NCBI GenBank assembly: GCA_000091205.1
Contig: AP006491.2
Strand: one strand, 5' to 3'
DNA: 64,000 nucleotides
From: Cyanidioschyzon merolae
Lineage: Eukaryota
Under the pieces are notes generated by a model. That model searched no databases, had not been told where the DNA came from, and saw only the letters and a list, made by a program, of their open reading frames with translations. How positions within the stretch are numbered: position 1 is the first letter of the stretch; each line of letters starts with the position of its first letter. This document shows positions 11,830 through 23,125 of this stretch, in pieces. The position numbers and the translations under genes were made by a program.

Positions 11830-14016
11830 TCAGCGCGTCACCGAGGTGCTGCGCGATCGCGAGCGCTTTCGCTGAGACAATACACTCAGTGCAGCAGCGG
11901 AACTCGAACGCACCAGCTTTGTACTCGAGGGCGGCAAGGCCCCTGGCATGCTTCCCTCGAGAGCGCCCTTGCCCGCGAGCATGTCCGACGCTGTAGGCAC
12001 GAGAGCTTCAATGAATGCACGAGCGTCGAGCATACAACTTCCACCAAAGAACACCTGCGTGCCGCTCGACTCCGAAAGATCATAGGCGTACCGCGTCTCA
12101 TTCCACGAGAGGCCGCCAATGACAAAGATAATGATGCGACGCGTCGCAGACTCGTCTACGCTGCCAACCGATGACGAAGAGGAACGTCGACGATTGCGAC
12201 GACCGAGAGACGACTCACGGATTGCCGACGACGAACGACGCCTGCGAAGACTTCGACTCGTGCGGCGAATACCGCTCTCCTCGTCATCGGTAGAGAAATC
12301 GGAGAGCTCACCGGCTGACGAGTCGTCGGACATGTACGCGCGATCGAAGTGGCGGCTCTCGCCGGCATACGGGAACGCGGACTCACCGAGGCGACGCTCG
12401 ATAAGCAATGTCGCAAGTTTCGCGAGCCGTCCATGGGTCTGTTGCATGGCTTGCATCTCCGATGGCGTCTTCCGCAACGGCACTCCGTAGGCGATGCACA
12501 AACGCTCAATGACAGCGGTCAGCTGCGGTGCAGTCCGGATATCCGATGCTGTGGTAGAGGTTCCAGTCGATGCACTCGACCCTGCCGAAGTACTCGAAAG
12601 CGCCGCCGATCCCTGTGACGATCCCCATGACTGGTGCTCCCCGAATGAAGAGCGAGCAAATGCCATCGAGACCAGCTCCTGAATCTCAGCTGTGCTCGTA
12701 TTCTGCGTGAGCGCAAACAATACAATCAGACGAGCTTTGTCCACCAGGCGAATATTGTCCTCGTCGAGCAATTGTCGCAGCTGTCCTCGGACACGCGTTT
12801 CAGCATCGGTACCGACGACACGCTGCGCATTGAGCATGTCTCGTTCGAGAGCAGCAATCCTGGCGATTTGCGCATTCTCCCAGAGATCCTGCGCGCGACG
12901 AGCCAGGCGCTGGTGACGCTCCAGTGACGCAGCGTCGGCATCGCTAGGCAGCAAAACGTTCGAGTCGGAGGTGCTCGTGGCGAGCGCGCCTCGTTTCGCG
13001 GTCCGGAGGCGCCCGACCTGCTCCACTGGGCGATAGCGCACGAGGCTCCAGACATCGTCAGCGTACTCATCGAGCACCAGCTGGGATCCAGCACCGCTAT
13101 CAGCCTCCAGCAACGAAGGGAATTCCTGCTTCAGCACCGTCTGATACGTATCATCGTGCAACAGGGGCGTCAACAGATCGCAGTCTCTGTCAACAATGAG
13201 GAGCACCGTCCGAGAAGCTCCAGCTCGAGGAGCGGATCCCGCTCTTGTCGGCAGAATGAGAGGACCGTACTCGTCGAGTATCCTGACGAGCTCCTCTGCG
13301 ACGGCTGCGGGTGCGCCCGTGAACGAGTCTCGCGCGAAACGGATACGCGGTCGCTCCTGCAGTACGGAGCACAGCGTCAACAAGGACTCGGCAATGGTTT
13401 GCGGCCGCACCGGCTGCAGATCCGCAGGATAACGGCCGAGATGAAACAGGCGCTGCTCGAATGCACAGAAATCGATGTTGAGTTCCGTGAACTGCGCAAG
13501 CCGTTCGACGAGCTGCGATGCCGCCCGAACTCGATCAAGATACGTTTCGTCGACGCGAGATGTCGCGAAAACTTCAATGATGGTCTTGCTGGAGACCTTG
13601 GGCGTCTCCGAGTCATCGTGTTCTCCGCTTCCTCTGTCAGACGCTTTGGTCACATGTTCAAGCGACGCAATCAGCGTATTCACCGCGTTCGACGTCGGCT
13701 TGAAGAGGTACACGAGACGCCGACCTTGGTCGCTTGGCGGCAACGCGTTGAGCGTTGGCGGCTGCTGACCAAGTTCCTCAACAAGGAACACACCATTGCC
13801 CACGAGGTCACTCATGCGGCACGCTGCAGACAATACCTGGATGCCGCGATCGTCTGCTACTAGCATTCCGGGAGCGCGACGCTGATCAGCGGAGCTGCCG
13901 CGGGAGTCTTCCGCACCGGCAAGCGACGACCTTGCTGTGCCCGCCAGCATGCCGTACAGCAGGCGCTCTCGCGCGAGTTCGCGCAGTGTGGCGTTCGGGC
14001 CCACAACCAGAGGCAT
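11830..14016 (-). CDS. Sec1/Munc18 (SM) family-like protein module, ~729 aa (possibly Vps33/Vps45-like)
   Basis: Begins [24 protein letters not shown]. Contains [24 protein letters not shown], which matches the SM-family LLILDRxxDxxTPLLHxWTYQA motif, and C-terminal [20 protein letters not shown], which matches the SM C-terminal iivFviGGvTysE motif. It has low-complexity S/R-rich inserts. It is in the same uninterrupted reading frame as the upstream mucin-like module, with no stop codon between them. Confidence 0.6.
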   Translation of the reverse strand: MPLVVGPNATLRELARERLLYGMLAGTARSSLAGAEDSRGSSADQRRAPGMLVADDRGIQVLSAACRMSDLVGNGVFLVEELGQQPPTLNALPPSDQGRRLVYLFKPTSNAVNTLIASLEHVTKASDRGSGEHDDSETPKVSSKTIIEVFATSRVDETYLDRVRAASQLVERLAQFTELNIDFCAFEQRLFHLGRYPADLQPVRPQTIAESLLTLCSVLQERPRIRFARDSFTGAPAAVAEELVRILDEYGPLILPTRAGSAPRAGASRTVLLIVDRDCDLLTPLLHDDTYQTVLKQEFPSLLEADSGAGSQLVLDEYADDVWSLVRYRPVEQVGRLRTAKRGALATSTSDSNVLLPSDADAASLERHQRLARRAQDLWENAQIARIAALERDMLNAQRVVGTDAETRVRGQLRQLLDEDNIRLVDKARLIVLFALTQNTSTAEIQELVSMAFARSSFGEHQSWGSSQGSAALSSTSAGSSASTGTSTTASDIRTAPQLTAVIERLCIAYGVPLRKTPSEMQAMQQTHGRLAKLATLLIERRLGESAFPYAGESRHFDRAYMSDDSSAGELSDFSTDDEESGIRRTSRSLRRRRSSSAIRESSLGRRNRRRSSSSSVGSVDESATRRIIIFVIGGLSWNETRYAYDLSESSGTQVFFGGSCMLDARAFIEALVPTASDMLAGKGALEGSMPGALPPSSTKLVRSSSAAALSVLSQRKRSRSRSTSVTR

Positions 14017-17000
14017 GGTAACCACATTGGCGCTGTCGACTGTGCCCAGTGCGGCAGCTGTGCTGCCAGTTGGTCTCAACGCTGCCACATCAACGGTATC
14101 GTTCTGGGAGACTCGGGATCCGGGAGCTATTCCCGCGAGTGCCGCTGACGACGGCACTGTGCCTGTTCGGTTGCGCTGGCGTTGCTGTCGACGTCGCCTT
14201 CGCCGCAAGAAAAGCCATACAGCCAACACGGCGAGAATCAGGGCAGCAGCACCGGCCACAGCGCCTCCAATGATTGCCCCCAGAGGTGCACCCGAGCCAG
14301 ATCCGCTGCCGGAAATCTGAGAGGGGTCACCTGTGGCGACACGTCGCACCTCCACTGATACCACGGATCCATTTGGAGGGAACGCCTGTCGAACTTGCTC
14401 ATAGAGGAACACAGTGCTTAGCAGACGGGTGACCACATTCACATCGCTCGGTTTCAGGATCAACTGTACGGCGCCGGTAGTGGTGACACTCGTCGGTGCC
14501 CGCATCAACATGTAATGCAGGGAATTATAGGACTCGCTGCCGCCGACCACGTGAATGCGTACCAACGAGATCTGCGCAATGGACTGGATGCTTTGCATCA
14601 GCAAATCGCGGAAGCGGGCGTTGTTGGTGCTGTTGTAGAACTGACTATACGACACGCCACGCAATTCCATCAAGAGATCCACGGCATCGTAGCCCGAAGG
14701 AGGCGGCGGAAAGCTCGGTAACGCCAAACTGGATGGCGAAGGCGACGCAGACGCTGTCGACGACGACGACGACGATGATGATGAAGGCGCATTCTGGCAC
14801 AGCAAACCTCGATAGCCACCAACGCAGTAGCAGACGCCACTGACGCATACCCCGTTTCCACTGCAGCAGTTTGCCGGCGAGACGTCCGAATCGTTGATGC
14901 CAGGCGGCCGGCACGAAGCGGTGCATATCCTTCCACTGAGATCATACAATCGCCCGGGCTGGACGACGGAATAGAGCGGCTCCAATGTCGACGGTTTGCC
15001 CAAAAAGTCCAACGAGACTAGACTCCGGTTCTGGGAAATCTGAATGCTCACATTTCCATTCGTACTGGAATTGTGATGGCTACGCTGATGACGAAGCTCA
15101 CGAAGCTTCCTCGCAAAGGTGTTCTTGATGTGTGCCGAGTGGTACGCAGTGGTCATATTTTGGCTCACATTCTGTGCCTGGAAAGCATTCGTCAGCACTC
15201 GACCGGAAACACGATTGTAGTGCCATTGCACTGCGCCAGCTGACGTGTTCGTACCGGCAGGTGTTGGGCTCGCGGTTGGCATCGGCGTCTCTGTACCTGA
15301 CCGCACAGGTGCTGATGTTACCGTCTCTGGAGGCGACGCGGTTGCACTCGCAACAATGGCGTTCGCTGTCGGGGTGACAAGCACCGCAGATGGCGTCGGC
15401 GCAACGCTTGAACTGAGCGGCAAGACTGTGCTCGTGGGAGTTGTCGTCGACATTGGTGCCGACTCGAAAATGACCTCTCCGCTGCTGGTCGTGGTGAAAC
15501 CGCTGCAGCTCGCCGGAACGCTACCCTGTCCATTGACCGCGATACACTCACAATTCTCGATGACAATTTCGGAGACGAAGACGCCGCAAACCTCGGCGAG
15601 CGTCTGCTGCATCACATACGCAACCTCAGAACACGTCCAGTACTCGACGACGTCCAGTGCCTGACAGTAGTATTCCCATTCGATCCAGACGCCGCCAACT
15701 GCAGGCCGCTCGGTCACGACTTCAACCCATTTCACTGGCGTTGGCGTTGGCGTTGGCGTTGGCGTTGCGGATGGAGCGGCGTAGCTGCTGGTACCGATCA
15801 CGTCGATGTACGAGTATTGCACGATATCGGTGTAAAACTCGACGCTGCCACAACTGGTTTCGTAGGTATTCACCTGCTCAAAGTAGTAGCCATTCTGGAT
15901 ATTGTCTCGCAAGGCGGCAGTGAACCCGGAAGCATACGTCGAGTACGTATCGATTTGGAGGTGCACCACCACGTCCCATTCGTTGACCTGCTCGCAGGAG
16001 CGAATCGTCACCACCTCGGACGGGATTCCGATATTGTCGCAACTGTTCAATATCGCTGTCTGCATCGAGTTACAGCTTAGTCGAACGGAGCCGGGCGACG
16101 CCGAGCCGCAGTACAAGGAGGTCCGAAGGTAGACACGACGAGGATAGACGGGCACCGGCTCGTAGACAAGATTGTCGCTGTTTCCAAGCAACGCCTCCAC
16201 GACACTCTCCTGCTGGGTGTACGTCAGCGAAGTGACGCTTTCAGAGTTCAGCGTCGTCAACGTCACTGTTGTTGATGTTTCGGCTTGCATAATGATCTCG
16301 CTCTGTAGCGTGTATGCTGCTTGATAGTTGCGCTGTTGCCAGTTTGCCGGGGCGTACCTGGGGTAGACTGCGCACGCTACGCTGAATGTATAGGTCGTAG
16401 AATAGCTGAGACGAAGAGCACCCTTACGTGAGCGCCGCCAACTTGTCAAACCGCGTAACCCGTTTTGAACGAGATCGGACGGCGGTGCACCCGCTCGCAT
16501 CACTTGAGACGAAGAGCACGGGCTCAGAGAAACATCCTCCAACGTGAAATCGGGAATGTCCGCGAATGCGTTGTAGTATGCCGTTTTCGCCGCGGCTTGA
16601 ATCGCCTCGCAGGAAATGTTTGCGTTTCCGGGAATCTGTATCGTGGGCTGGTCAGCAAATACAAGTTTTTGCTGAGGGATCGGGCTACCATTCGGAAGCG
16701 TGTTCAGTAGCGGGGTCGGTGTGGGAGGTGGCGACGGAGGTCCGACTCCTTGTGCGAGGCGCTGATGACGCAACGAGGTCGAGCTCAGCAGCTTGTTGAG
16801 TTCTTGCTGAGCTTGACTCGCATTAGATACGGGTACTGTTGCGAAAACAGTAAATTGCACAAGGCCACCGGCCCCAGAGCTCGTCTGACGGAACAGCGTC
16901 GTAAGGAATGGTAAATCGAACGACGCACCCGCTGGGAGAAAGCGCTGGATGCGTTCCTGTAGCAGTACTTCTCGATTCAGCGGCAAGCCTGAAGAGAAGC

Positions 17001-18837
17001 ATCCATCGGACACGGTGACAGCACTCGGCGATATGCCCAAGGCGGATGCAACTGACGCAGACAGAGCAAGCGATGCGGACGAGCATGAAGCCTCAGTTCG
17101 AACAGAGAGGAAGGCGCGCCCAACAATGGACGTCGTAGCGGGTGTTGGTGATGTTGACGGTGCAGGCGTGCTTGTCGCGTTGCTCACAACAGGCGTCGAT
17201 GATACAGAAGGCGACGGTGCAGGCGTGCTTGTCGCGTTGCTCACAACAGGCGTCGATGATACAGATGGCGACGGTGCAGGCGTGCTTGTCGTGTTGCTCA
17301 CAACAGGCGTCGATGATACAGATGGTAGAGGCGTAGGCGTGCTTGTCGCATTGCTCACAACAGGCGTCGATGATACAGAAGGCGACGGTGCAGGCGTGCT
17401 TGTCGTGTTGCTCACAGCAGGCGTCGATGATACAGATGGTAGAGGCGTAGGCGTGCTTGTCGCGTTGCTCACAACAGGCGTCGATGATACAGATGGCGAC
17501 GGTGCAGGCGTGCTTGTCGTGTTGCTCACAACAGGCGTCGATGATACAGAAGGCGACGGTGCAGGCGTGCTTGTCGCGTTGCTCACAACAGGCGTCGATG
17601 ATACAGAAGGCGACGGTGCAGGCGTGCTTGTCGCGTTGCTCACAACAGGCGTCGATGATACAGAAGGCGACGGTGCAGGCGTGCTTGTCGCGTTGCTCAC
17701 AACAGGCGTCGATGATACAGATGGTAGAGGCGTAGGCGTGGGCGTGGGCGTGGGCGTCGGTGTTGGCGTAGGTGTCGGTGTTGGCGTAGGTGTCGGTGTT
17801 GGCGTAGGCGTCGGTGTCGGCGTAGGTGTCGGCGTAGGTGTCGGCGTAGGTGTCGGCGTAGGTGTCGGCGTAGGTGTCGGCGTAGGTGTCGGCGTAGGTG
17901 TCGGTGTCGGCGTAGGTGTCGGTGTCGGCGTAGGTGTCGGTGTTGGCGTAGGAGTAGGCGTAGGTGTCGGTGTTGGCGTAGGAGTAGGCGTAGGCGTCGG
18001 TGTTGGCGTTGGCGTTGGCGTTGCCCGACGGGTAGACGTCATTGCCGGTGTTGAAGAGGCAAGCGAATCTACAAGGCTGTTTCCATGAATGTAACTATCT
18101 CGCGGCCGAGACGTCGGTGTCGCAGAGCCTGTCCCTGAACTCGTTAAACTTGGTGTGAAAATCGCACTCCCACTGTTTGAGCTAATTCCCGTTCCTGTGG
18201 ATGATGCAGAAGCGGAACTAGTCGCGGTATTCACGCCGAAGCTGGGCGATGGTTGCAAAATAGGCTGAACAGTAGGTCCTGTTGTGTGCTGCGTATTCGG
18301 TGATGGTGATGGAGTTGGTGTAGGAGACGGTAACGGTGTCGGTGTAGGCGTCGGTGTAGGTGTAGGTGTAGGTGTAGGTGTAGGCGACCTCATAGGTGTT
18401 GGCGTCAGCGCTACCGTGGGTGTGCTCAGCGCCGGTGTCGAGACGGGACCGGGCGTCGAACTAGTTATGCTGGTTGGTGGCCCAGACACCGCTGAAACCC
18501 CAGAGTCCGTCGAGGTGCCACTCCCGCCTGTCGACGCAGCAGTGCTCGTCCCTGTAGATGTAGGTCCCGTGAAGCTGGTGCCACTACTGCTACTGTCAGT
18601 GAGGCCACCAGGCCCAGAGTTACGCCCGCCCAAAGCAGGACGCAGCATCTCGAACCAGTCGCGTTCCTCGAGTGACACATGGTCACTTTGCGAGGGTGCC
18701 TGTCGCGGACCCGCCGCGCTTGCGCAAGCCCGAATCGGTCCCCAAACTAGCGAAAGCAATAATAATAAAGATAGAACAAGAAAAATTAACGTTCCATATC
18801 TTGATCCTCTCATCGTGCGTAAAGTGCCTTCATTCAT
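14017..18837 (-). CDS. mucin-like type I membrane protein module (paralog A): signal peptide, TP repeats, 19-aa repeats, Cys-rich ectodomain, EGF-like module, TM helix, poly-Arg stop-transfer
   Basis: ATG at 18837. The signal peptide is [25 protein letters not shown]. It has (TP)~60, about ten [19 protein letters not shown] repeats, the EGF-like [25 protein letters not shown], and the TM helix [24 protein letters not shown] followed by [14 protein letters not shown] (fwd ~14185-14290). No stop codon follows. The frame continues into the SM-like module. Confidence 0.65.
17150..17740. repeat. 57-bp tandem repeat x~10 (coding, 19-aa repeat of mucin paralog A)
   Basis: The unit gcaggcgtgcttgtcgcgttgctcacaacaggcgtcgatgatacagaaggcgacggt repeats with a few point variants. 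It is followed (17740-18010) by (GGCGTAGGTGTC)n arrays encoding (TP)n. Confidence 0.85.
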
Positions 18838-19885
18838 CGTTCTAATAAGAAGTCCTTACGGAATATGCCCAGGCTGGACGATACGCGTTGCGGGAGGAAT
18901 GCCACCGGCGGATGCGCACGCCAAATTTGGCGCGAACACGTGTCGTGTACACGGATCGGGAGCTCACAGATAGACACGTGTTGCGATGACACGTGTCCTC
19001 GACGCATAACGCTGCGATTGCGTGCTCGCCACAGAGCATCGGTGATCTCGGGTCCATCGCCATTGCGCGGATATGTAGGGATACGGGATCGGTGAATCGT
19101 ATCGGATTATTCTAAAAATTCAAACGCTAGAACAAGTCTGAAGGAGCGTGATCTCAGATACCGCGAGACGCATCTACGTTTCACCGAGTACACAACAAAT
19201 CCGTTCAGGCGCATAAACTCGATCGATAAAACGACGTAGGTTTTCCGGACTCCGTGTCTTCCGAGGTGCCTTGTGGTGGCGCTGTCGGTGCGGCTGCGGA
19301 CGCCGCGTGAAGGCACGACGACTTGGACGTAGACTTATGGGAGTCGGTGCAAGCAACGAGCGCTGTGAAGTATGGTCGCTCGCTCGAACCAGAGGACCTT
19401 CTGATCGATCTAGTGTGAGACGTTCCCCGTCCAGTCAGGGGACCTCCTCAAGCTCCGCGTTCAGTCTCAATGGTATCGCTGGGACACGCCATGGAGAGCT
19501 GCGATTCAGTCTTTTATCGCGCAGTGCACATTCATCGCTGACAATTGTGGTCTGAGGCTCTTTCGAGAAGAATCAGGACTCCATCCCAGGTCTTCATGGT
19601 CGGTCACCCCTTTAGGGGTCGACTTGTTACTCCGACGCACAAATCCGTAGCAAATCGAGAATCAACGGATCGTGAAGGTTTTCTCGAGTTGCAACGTGCC
19701 CTGGAAAATCTCATGCAACAGCTGCGAAAATCTGGATATAAAATTGCCCCAAGCAGCGACTTTGCGTGAACACAGACGCAGCTCATCCACCAGCGAGTTT
19801 CAGGGAAAACTCGCAATATGAGGCTACCGTCGCACCGAGCAGGTAACGAGCGCGGGCGCAAACGTACCTCGCTCGTCAGCTAGTT

Positions 19886-20224
19886 TCAGGGACGGGACCG
19901 CCCCAGCCGCCTCGGCTGCAGCGAAGTGCGACGAGAAGAGTCCCGCTTCCATTCTTTCAAAATCATGGTGCACCTCGGAGGGCTCCTGTTCGACCATTGT
20001 CCATCGTTCGCGTACAGCACCTGCTCGGGAGCAGCAACCACGTCCGATTGCACGTGTGCGACGAAGTCTTCAATCACCTCGTACTTTTGCATCGCACACG
20101 AATCCCCCGCGTTCCGTACGTACTCGGATGCACCGTATTTTGCAGCAGAGCACGCTGAAGCCAGAGGGCAAGCGCCCTGCCACGCCTGTAGGAAATCCTT
20201 CCGTCGAGGTTGCTGCGCACGCAT
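19886..20224 (-). CDS. small hypothetical ORF (112 aa) downstream of AOX
   Basis: ATG ORF 158 bp downstream of the AOX stop, same strand. Composition is only moderately protein-like. No family recognised. Confidence 0.2.
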   Translation of the reverse strand: MRAQQPRRKDFLQAWQGACPLASACSAAKYGASEYVRNAGDSCAMQKYEVIEDFVAHVQSDVVAAPEQVLYANDGQWSNRSPPRCTMILKEWKRDSSRRTSLQPRRLGRSRP

Positions 20225-20381
20225 AAAAGTCCACGATCATTTGAGTTTATTTGCCAATACTATACAACTCATACTCCCGTGCATCATACATCGACTGATG
20301 GATGCGAGAGCTTTCCAGAATGCAACTTTCCATGAATAAGCGACACACGCGCTGTACTGCCAAATACTTGAACAACATGTC

Positions 20382-21533
20382 TCAGCTTCCGTATTGACTG
20401 GGATCCACCTCGCCGTGCTTCAGAGCAGCGTAGGGCGCCGGGTCCCCGCGATGCGCTTTAATGAGGTTAGCGCGCAAGTGATTCACATCCCGGTGGTGCG
20501 CCTCATCTGCGCGCGTCGCCAGGACGACGTCCCGTAAACGCGCATTCGGGTCCAGCTGCCAATAGTCAATCGCAATGGGTGGCGCGGGAATATTCGGGAT
20601 GCGGCCGTCGTCGATGTCCTTCAAATATTCCGTGTAGGATACAATCGCCTCCTCTTCGAGATAACCAACCAATCGATGTGCGGTCTTTGGTGATATTGTG
20701 TACAGCAATGTATAGAAACTGAAAAAGCCAGCCTGGGCGAGGATCACGAGCGCGCGCTCCAGCGCCCTTGGTTGTGCAATCGACATGTAAACCATGAGGT
20801 GCATACGCTCGTTTTCGGCCTCCTCGAGCAAGACTCGAATCCAGCCGCCAGACTGACGGAAACGACGCAGGCACTGCAGATGGAGCATCATGCCACCTAC
20901 CATACCAGGAACGGCTGCAACGGTCTCGAGCACAACTGCACGGTGGCCATAACGTCTTTGGAAGAAGGCATCGGCAAAAAAGCGCAGAAACTTCACCGTA
21001 TAGTATGCAAAGCGGTCACTAAATCCTGTTGGTTGCACGTGTCGCTTCAGATCGACGTTCAAGTTTGGTTTATAGGTGTGCTCGGGCAGGAAGCTGTGCC
21101 ACTTCCACGGGTAGTTCGGGTCGCTCTTGGGCGGTGCGTCTCTAACTGGCTGGTATGGTGTCTCGTCCGGCCTTCCAGTCGCGTCGGTTATTGTTGTTGT
21201 TGAAGACGTATCTGGCTGTGGCTGTGTACTAAGCGCCCGCGCACCCGTGCGCCAAAGAGGGGCGGCGGCAAGCCCAACTGGTGGCAAACGAGGTTCCGAC
21301 TCCCGCACACCTCTCGCGGTATAGGTTGCGCTCCAGGTAGTTAAAGACTTGGAACTCAGGCAACCAGCTAGTGACCAGTCTCGACAAGGCAAGTGCGGAG
21401 CATTTCCCGGAACGTTGCGCCACAGCCCCTGCTGACGCGCTAGCAAGTCGCCCACTCCGGTGGCGCGCACAGCCCGTCCAACTACTCTACAGTAAATACT
21501 CGTGACTTTCGGCACAATCCCTGCACAGACCAT
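20382..21533 (-). CDS. AOX: alternative oxidase, mitochondrial (ubiquinol oxidase, di-iron carboxylate protein)
   Basis: ATG at 21533. Has the diagnostic motifs [42 protein letters not shown] and [12 protein letters not shown] (the four-helix di-iron ligands E/ExxH of AOX). The N-terminal ~100 aa are Arg/Ser-rich and presequence-like. Confidence 0.92.
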   Translation of the reverse strand: MVCAGIVPKVTSIYCRVVGRAVRATGVGDLLARQQGLWRNVPGNAPHLPCRDWSLAGCLSSKSLTTWSATYTARGVRESEPRLPPVGLAAAPLWRTGARALSTQPQPDTSSTTTITDATGRPDETPYQPVRDAPPKSDPNYPWKWHSFLPEHTYKPNLNVDLKRHVQPTGFSDRFAYYTVKFLRFFADAFFQRRYGHRAVVLETVAAVPGMVGGMMLHLQCLRRFRQSGGWIRVLLEEAENERMHLMVYMSIAQPRALERALVILAQAGFFSFYTLLYTISPKTAHRLVGYLEEEAIVSYTEYLKDIDDGRIPNIPAPPIAIDYWQLDPNARLRDVVLATRADEAHHRDVNHLRANLIKAHRGDPAPYAALKHGEVDPSQYGS

Positions 21534-22642
21534 ACACTCAAGGTTGCAAGCACGAAAAGCTGGGGAAGTACTTTTTCGAAAACCGATCGCTTGACACCTG
21601 CGTTTGTGATCCGAGACTCAGCGGATAGTTGGTAATCCAGAATGAGGAACGTCTGCGCCACGCGCGAAGTGGCGCTCGCGCGCATCATGGCAGCCGGTGC
21701 GCCCGCTTCTAGAGCTGCACTACGCCCGCAACGCTGCGCACTGAATGAGCGTCGTCGCAGCTTGCGGCAGCGCTCAGCGGGATGCGTTTGCAGGCGCGCG
21801 CTGGCGCTCGTTGCGATCTGTGCACCGAGATGCCTCGCCCAGCGCCAAGCCGCTCAGAACAGGAAAGAGAGCAGGCAATCCATCGATGAAGGGGTACCTA
21901 CCCGTTGTGTCCAGTGTTCGGGTACGGATCGGTGTCGACCGTTACGGCTCGCGCGAGAATATAGAGCGGGCGAGGTGGATGCATTGCACCTGTTTGCTGC
22001 GGATGCGCGAATATTATCAGTCCGTATGGACTTGGCCGCCGCTAGACTCCAGACGCTTCCACGCTCCAGGAAGACGAGAACAGTTTTTCCGTGCGGAAAC
22101 GAACTTTGATCAGTCGAGGAACCCTGCGGGTGCCGAGGCTTTGGTGGGCGCTTCCTTCGGCACCGAATGCTCCTTCGTGGATATCTCGCGGAGACGAAGC
22201 GGCTTCTCGCCCGTAAGCAGCACGCTGCAGCGAGCGGCCTCGGCCATGCGCGAGTTGATAGCGTCGCGCAAATTCCGGTGACTGTTTTGATCATAATTTA
22301 CAAGAAACCTCCCATAGCGTCGATCTCCAGCACGTTACCGCGGTGGAATCTGGCAGCTCCGAGGGACGCGCCTCGGATAGCTGAGGAGCTAATGCGCTTC
22401 CGTCGGCGGGTGACGCAGCTCCAGCTCAACCTCTGTGCCGTTCTCGCTGCCGGATGCGAAGAGAACTCCTGGAGGCCACCGCTGGTCAGCCACTAGTTTC
22501 TAAAGACTCATCAAATCGAGCCTCATGTTCGTACCCGTGGTTTTTGAGAAAAAGAAAAGTAGGATTCATGCCGGCCGCGTTCATCGTAGGCAACTGCTCA
22601 CGAACCTGGCACTCGGTGCTCGCTGCGCGACGCACCTCTACG

Positions 22643-23125
22643 ATGAACTCTTTTCTAGGTAAAAGCAGCCCAGTGCTGCGACGCAGCATGCGCTTCAGGC
22701 TGGCCCTTGGGGCAGGCGGCGGTCGGAGCCTGTGCGTGAGGTCGAACTGCGAGGGACGAGCTCGACCCGGCGAACCCGAGCCGCCAGACTACGGCAAACA
22801 GTCCAAGGGGCCTGGTGGAAGCAATATCCCAGGAAGCGGCAGACCTGAGGAGCTCCCCGAAGAGGATCGGCCGCCGAGCTTTGAAGAGCAGTCTCCATAT
22901 GAGTTGACTCTGTCGCAGCAGCTGCTTCTTCAGCAATACATCGCGGAAATTGAGCAAACTAGCGCAGAGACCTGCCGTGAAATGTGCGCGGCCATCATGT
23001 CGCAGATGATGATGAAAGAGAATTTGATTAAGGAGCTCTTGGGGCGTGACGACATCCAGTTTCCGCCGATGCCCCAAATTCCGGGCTCTGATGATCCACC
23101 GCTCGATAGCGGGCCGAGGCGGTAA
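22643..23125 (+). CDS. hypothetical protein (~160 aa) with presequence-like N-terminus
   Basis: The track ORF starts at 22454, but an internal ATG at 22643 gives MNSFLGKSSPVLRRSMRFRLALGAGGG (basic and hydroxylated, like a mitochondrial presequence). It is followed by an acidic/coiled segment YELTLSQQLLLQQYIAEIEQTSAETCREMCAAIMSQMMM. No family assigned. Confidence 0.35.
   Translation: MNSFLGKSSPVLRRSMRFRLALGAGGGRSLCVRSNCEGRARPGEPEPPDYGKQSKGPGGSNIPGSGRPEELPEEDRPPSFEEQSPYELTLSQQLLLQQYIAEIEQTSAETCREMCAAIMSQMMMKENLIKELLGRDDIQFPPMPQIPGSDDPPLDSGPRR

Noticed and set aside
16949-18088. 379-aa plus-strand ORF with [19 protein letters not shown] repeats and a long (GV)n tail
   Set aside because: Antisense of the 57-bp and TP-coding repeats of mucin paralog A. 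Same mirror-ORF artefact. Likewise 5179..5667(-) and 5436..5957(+).
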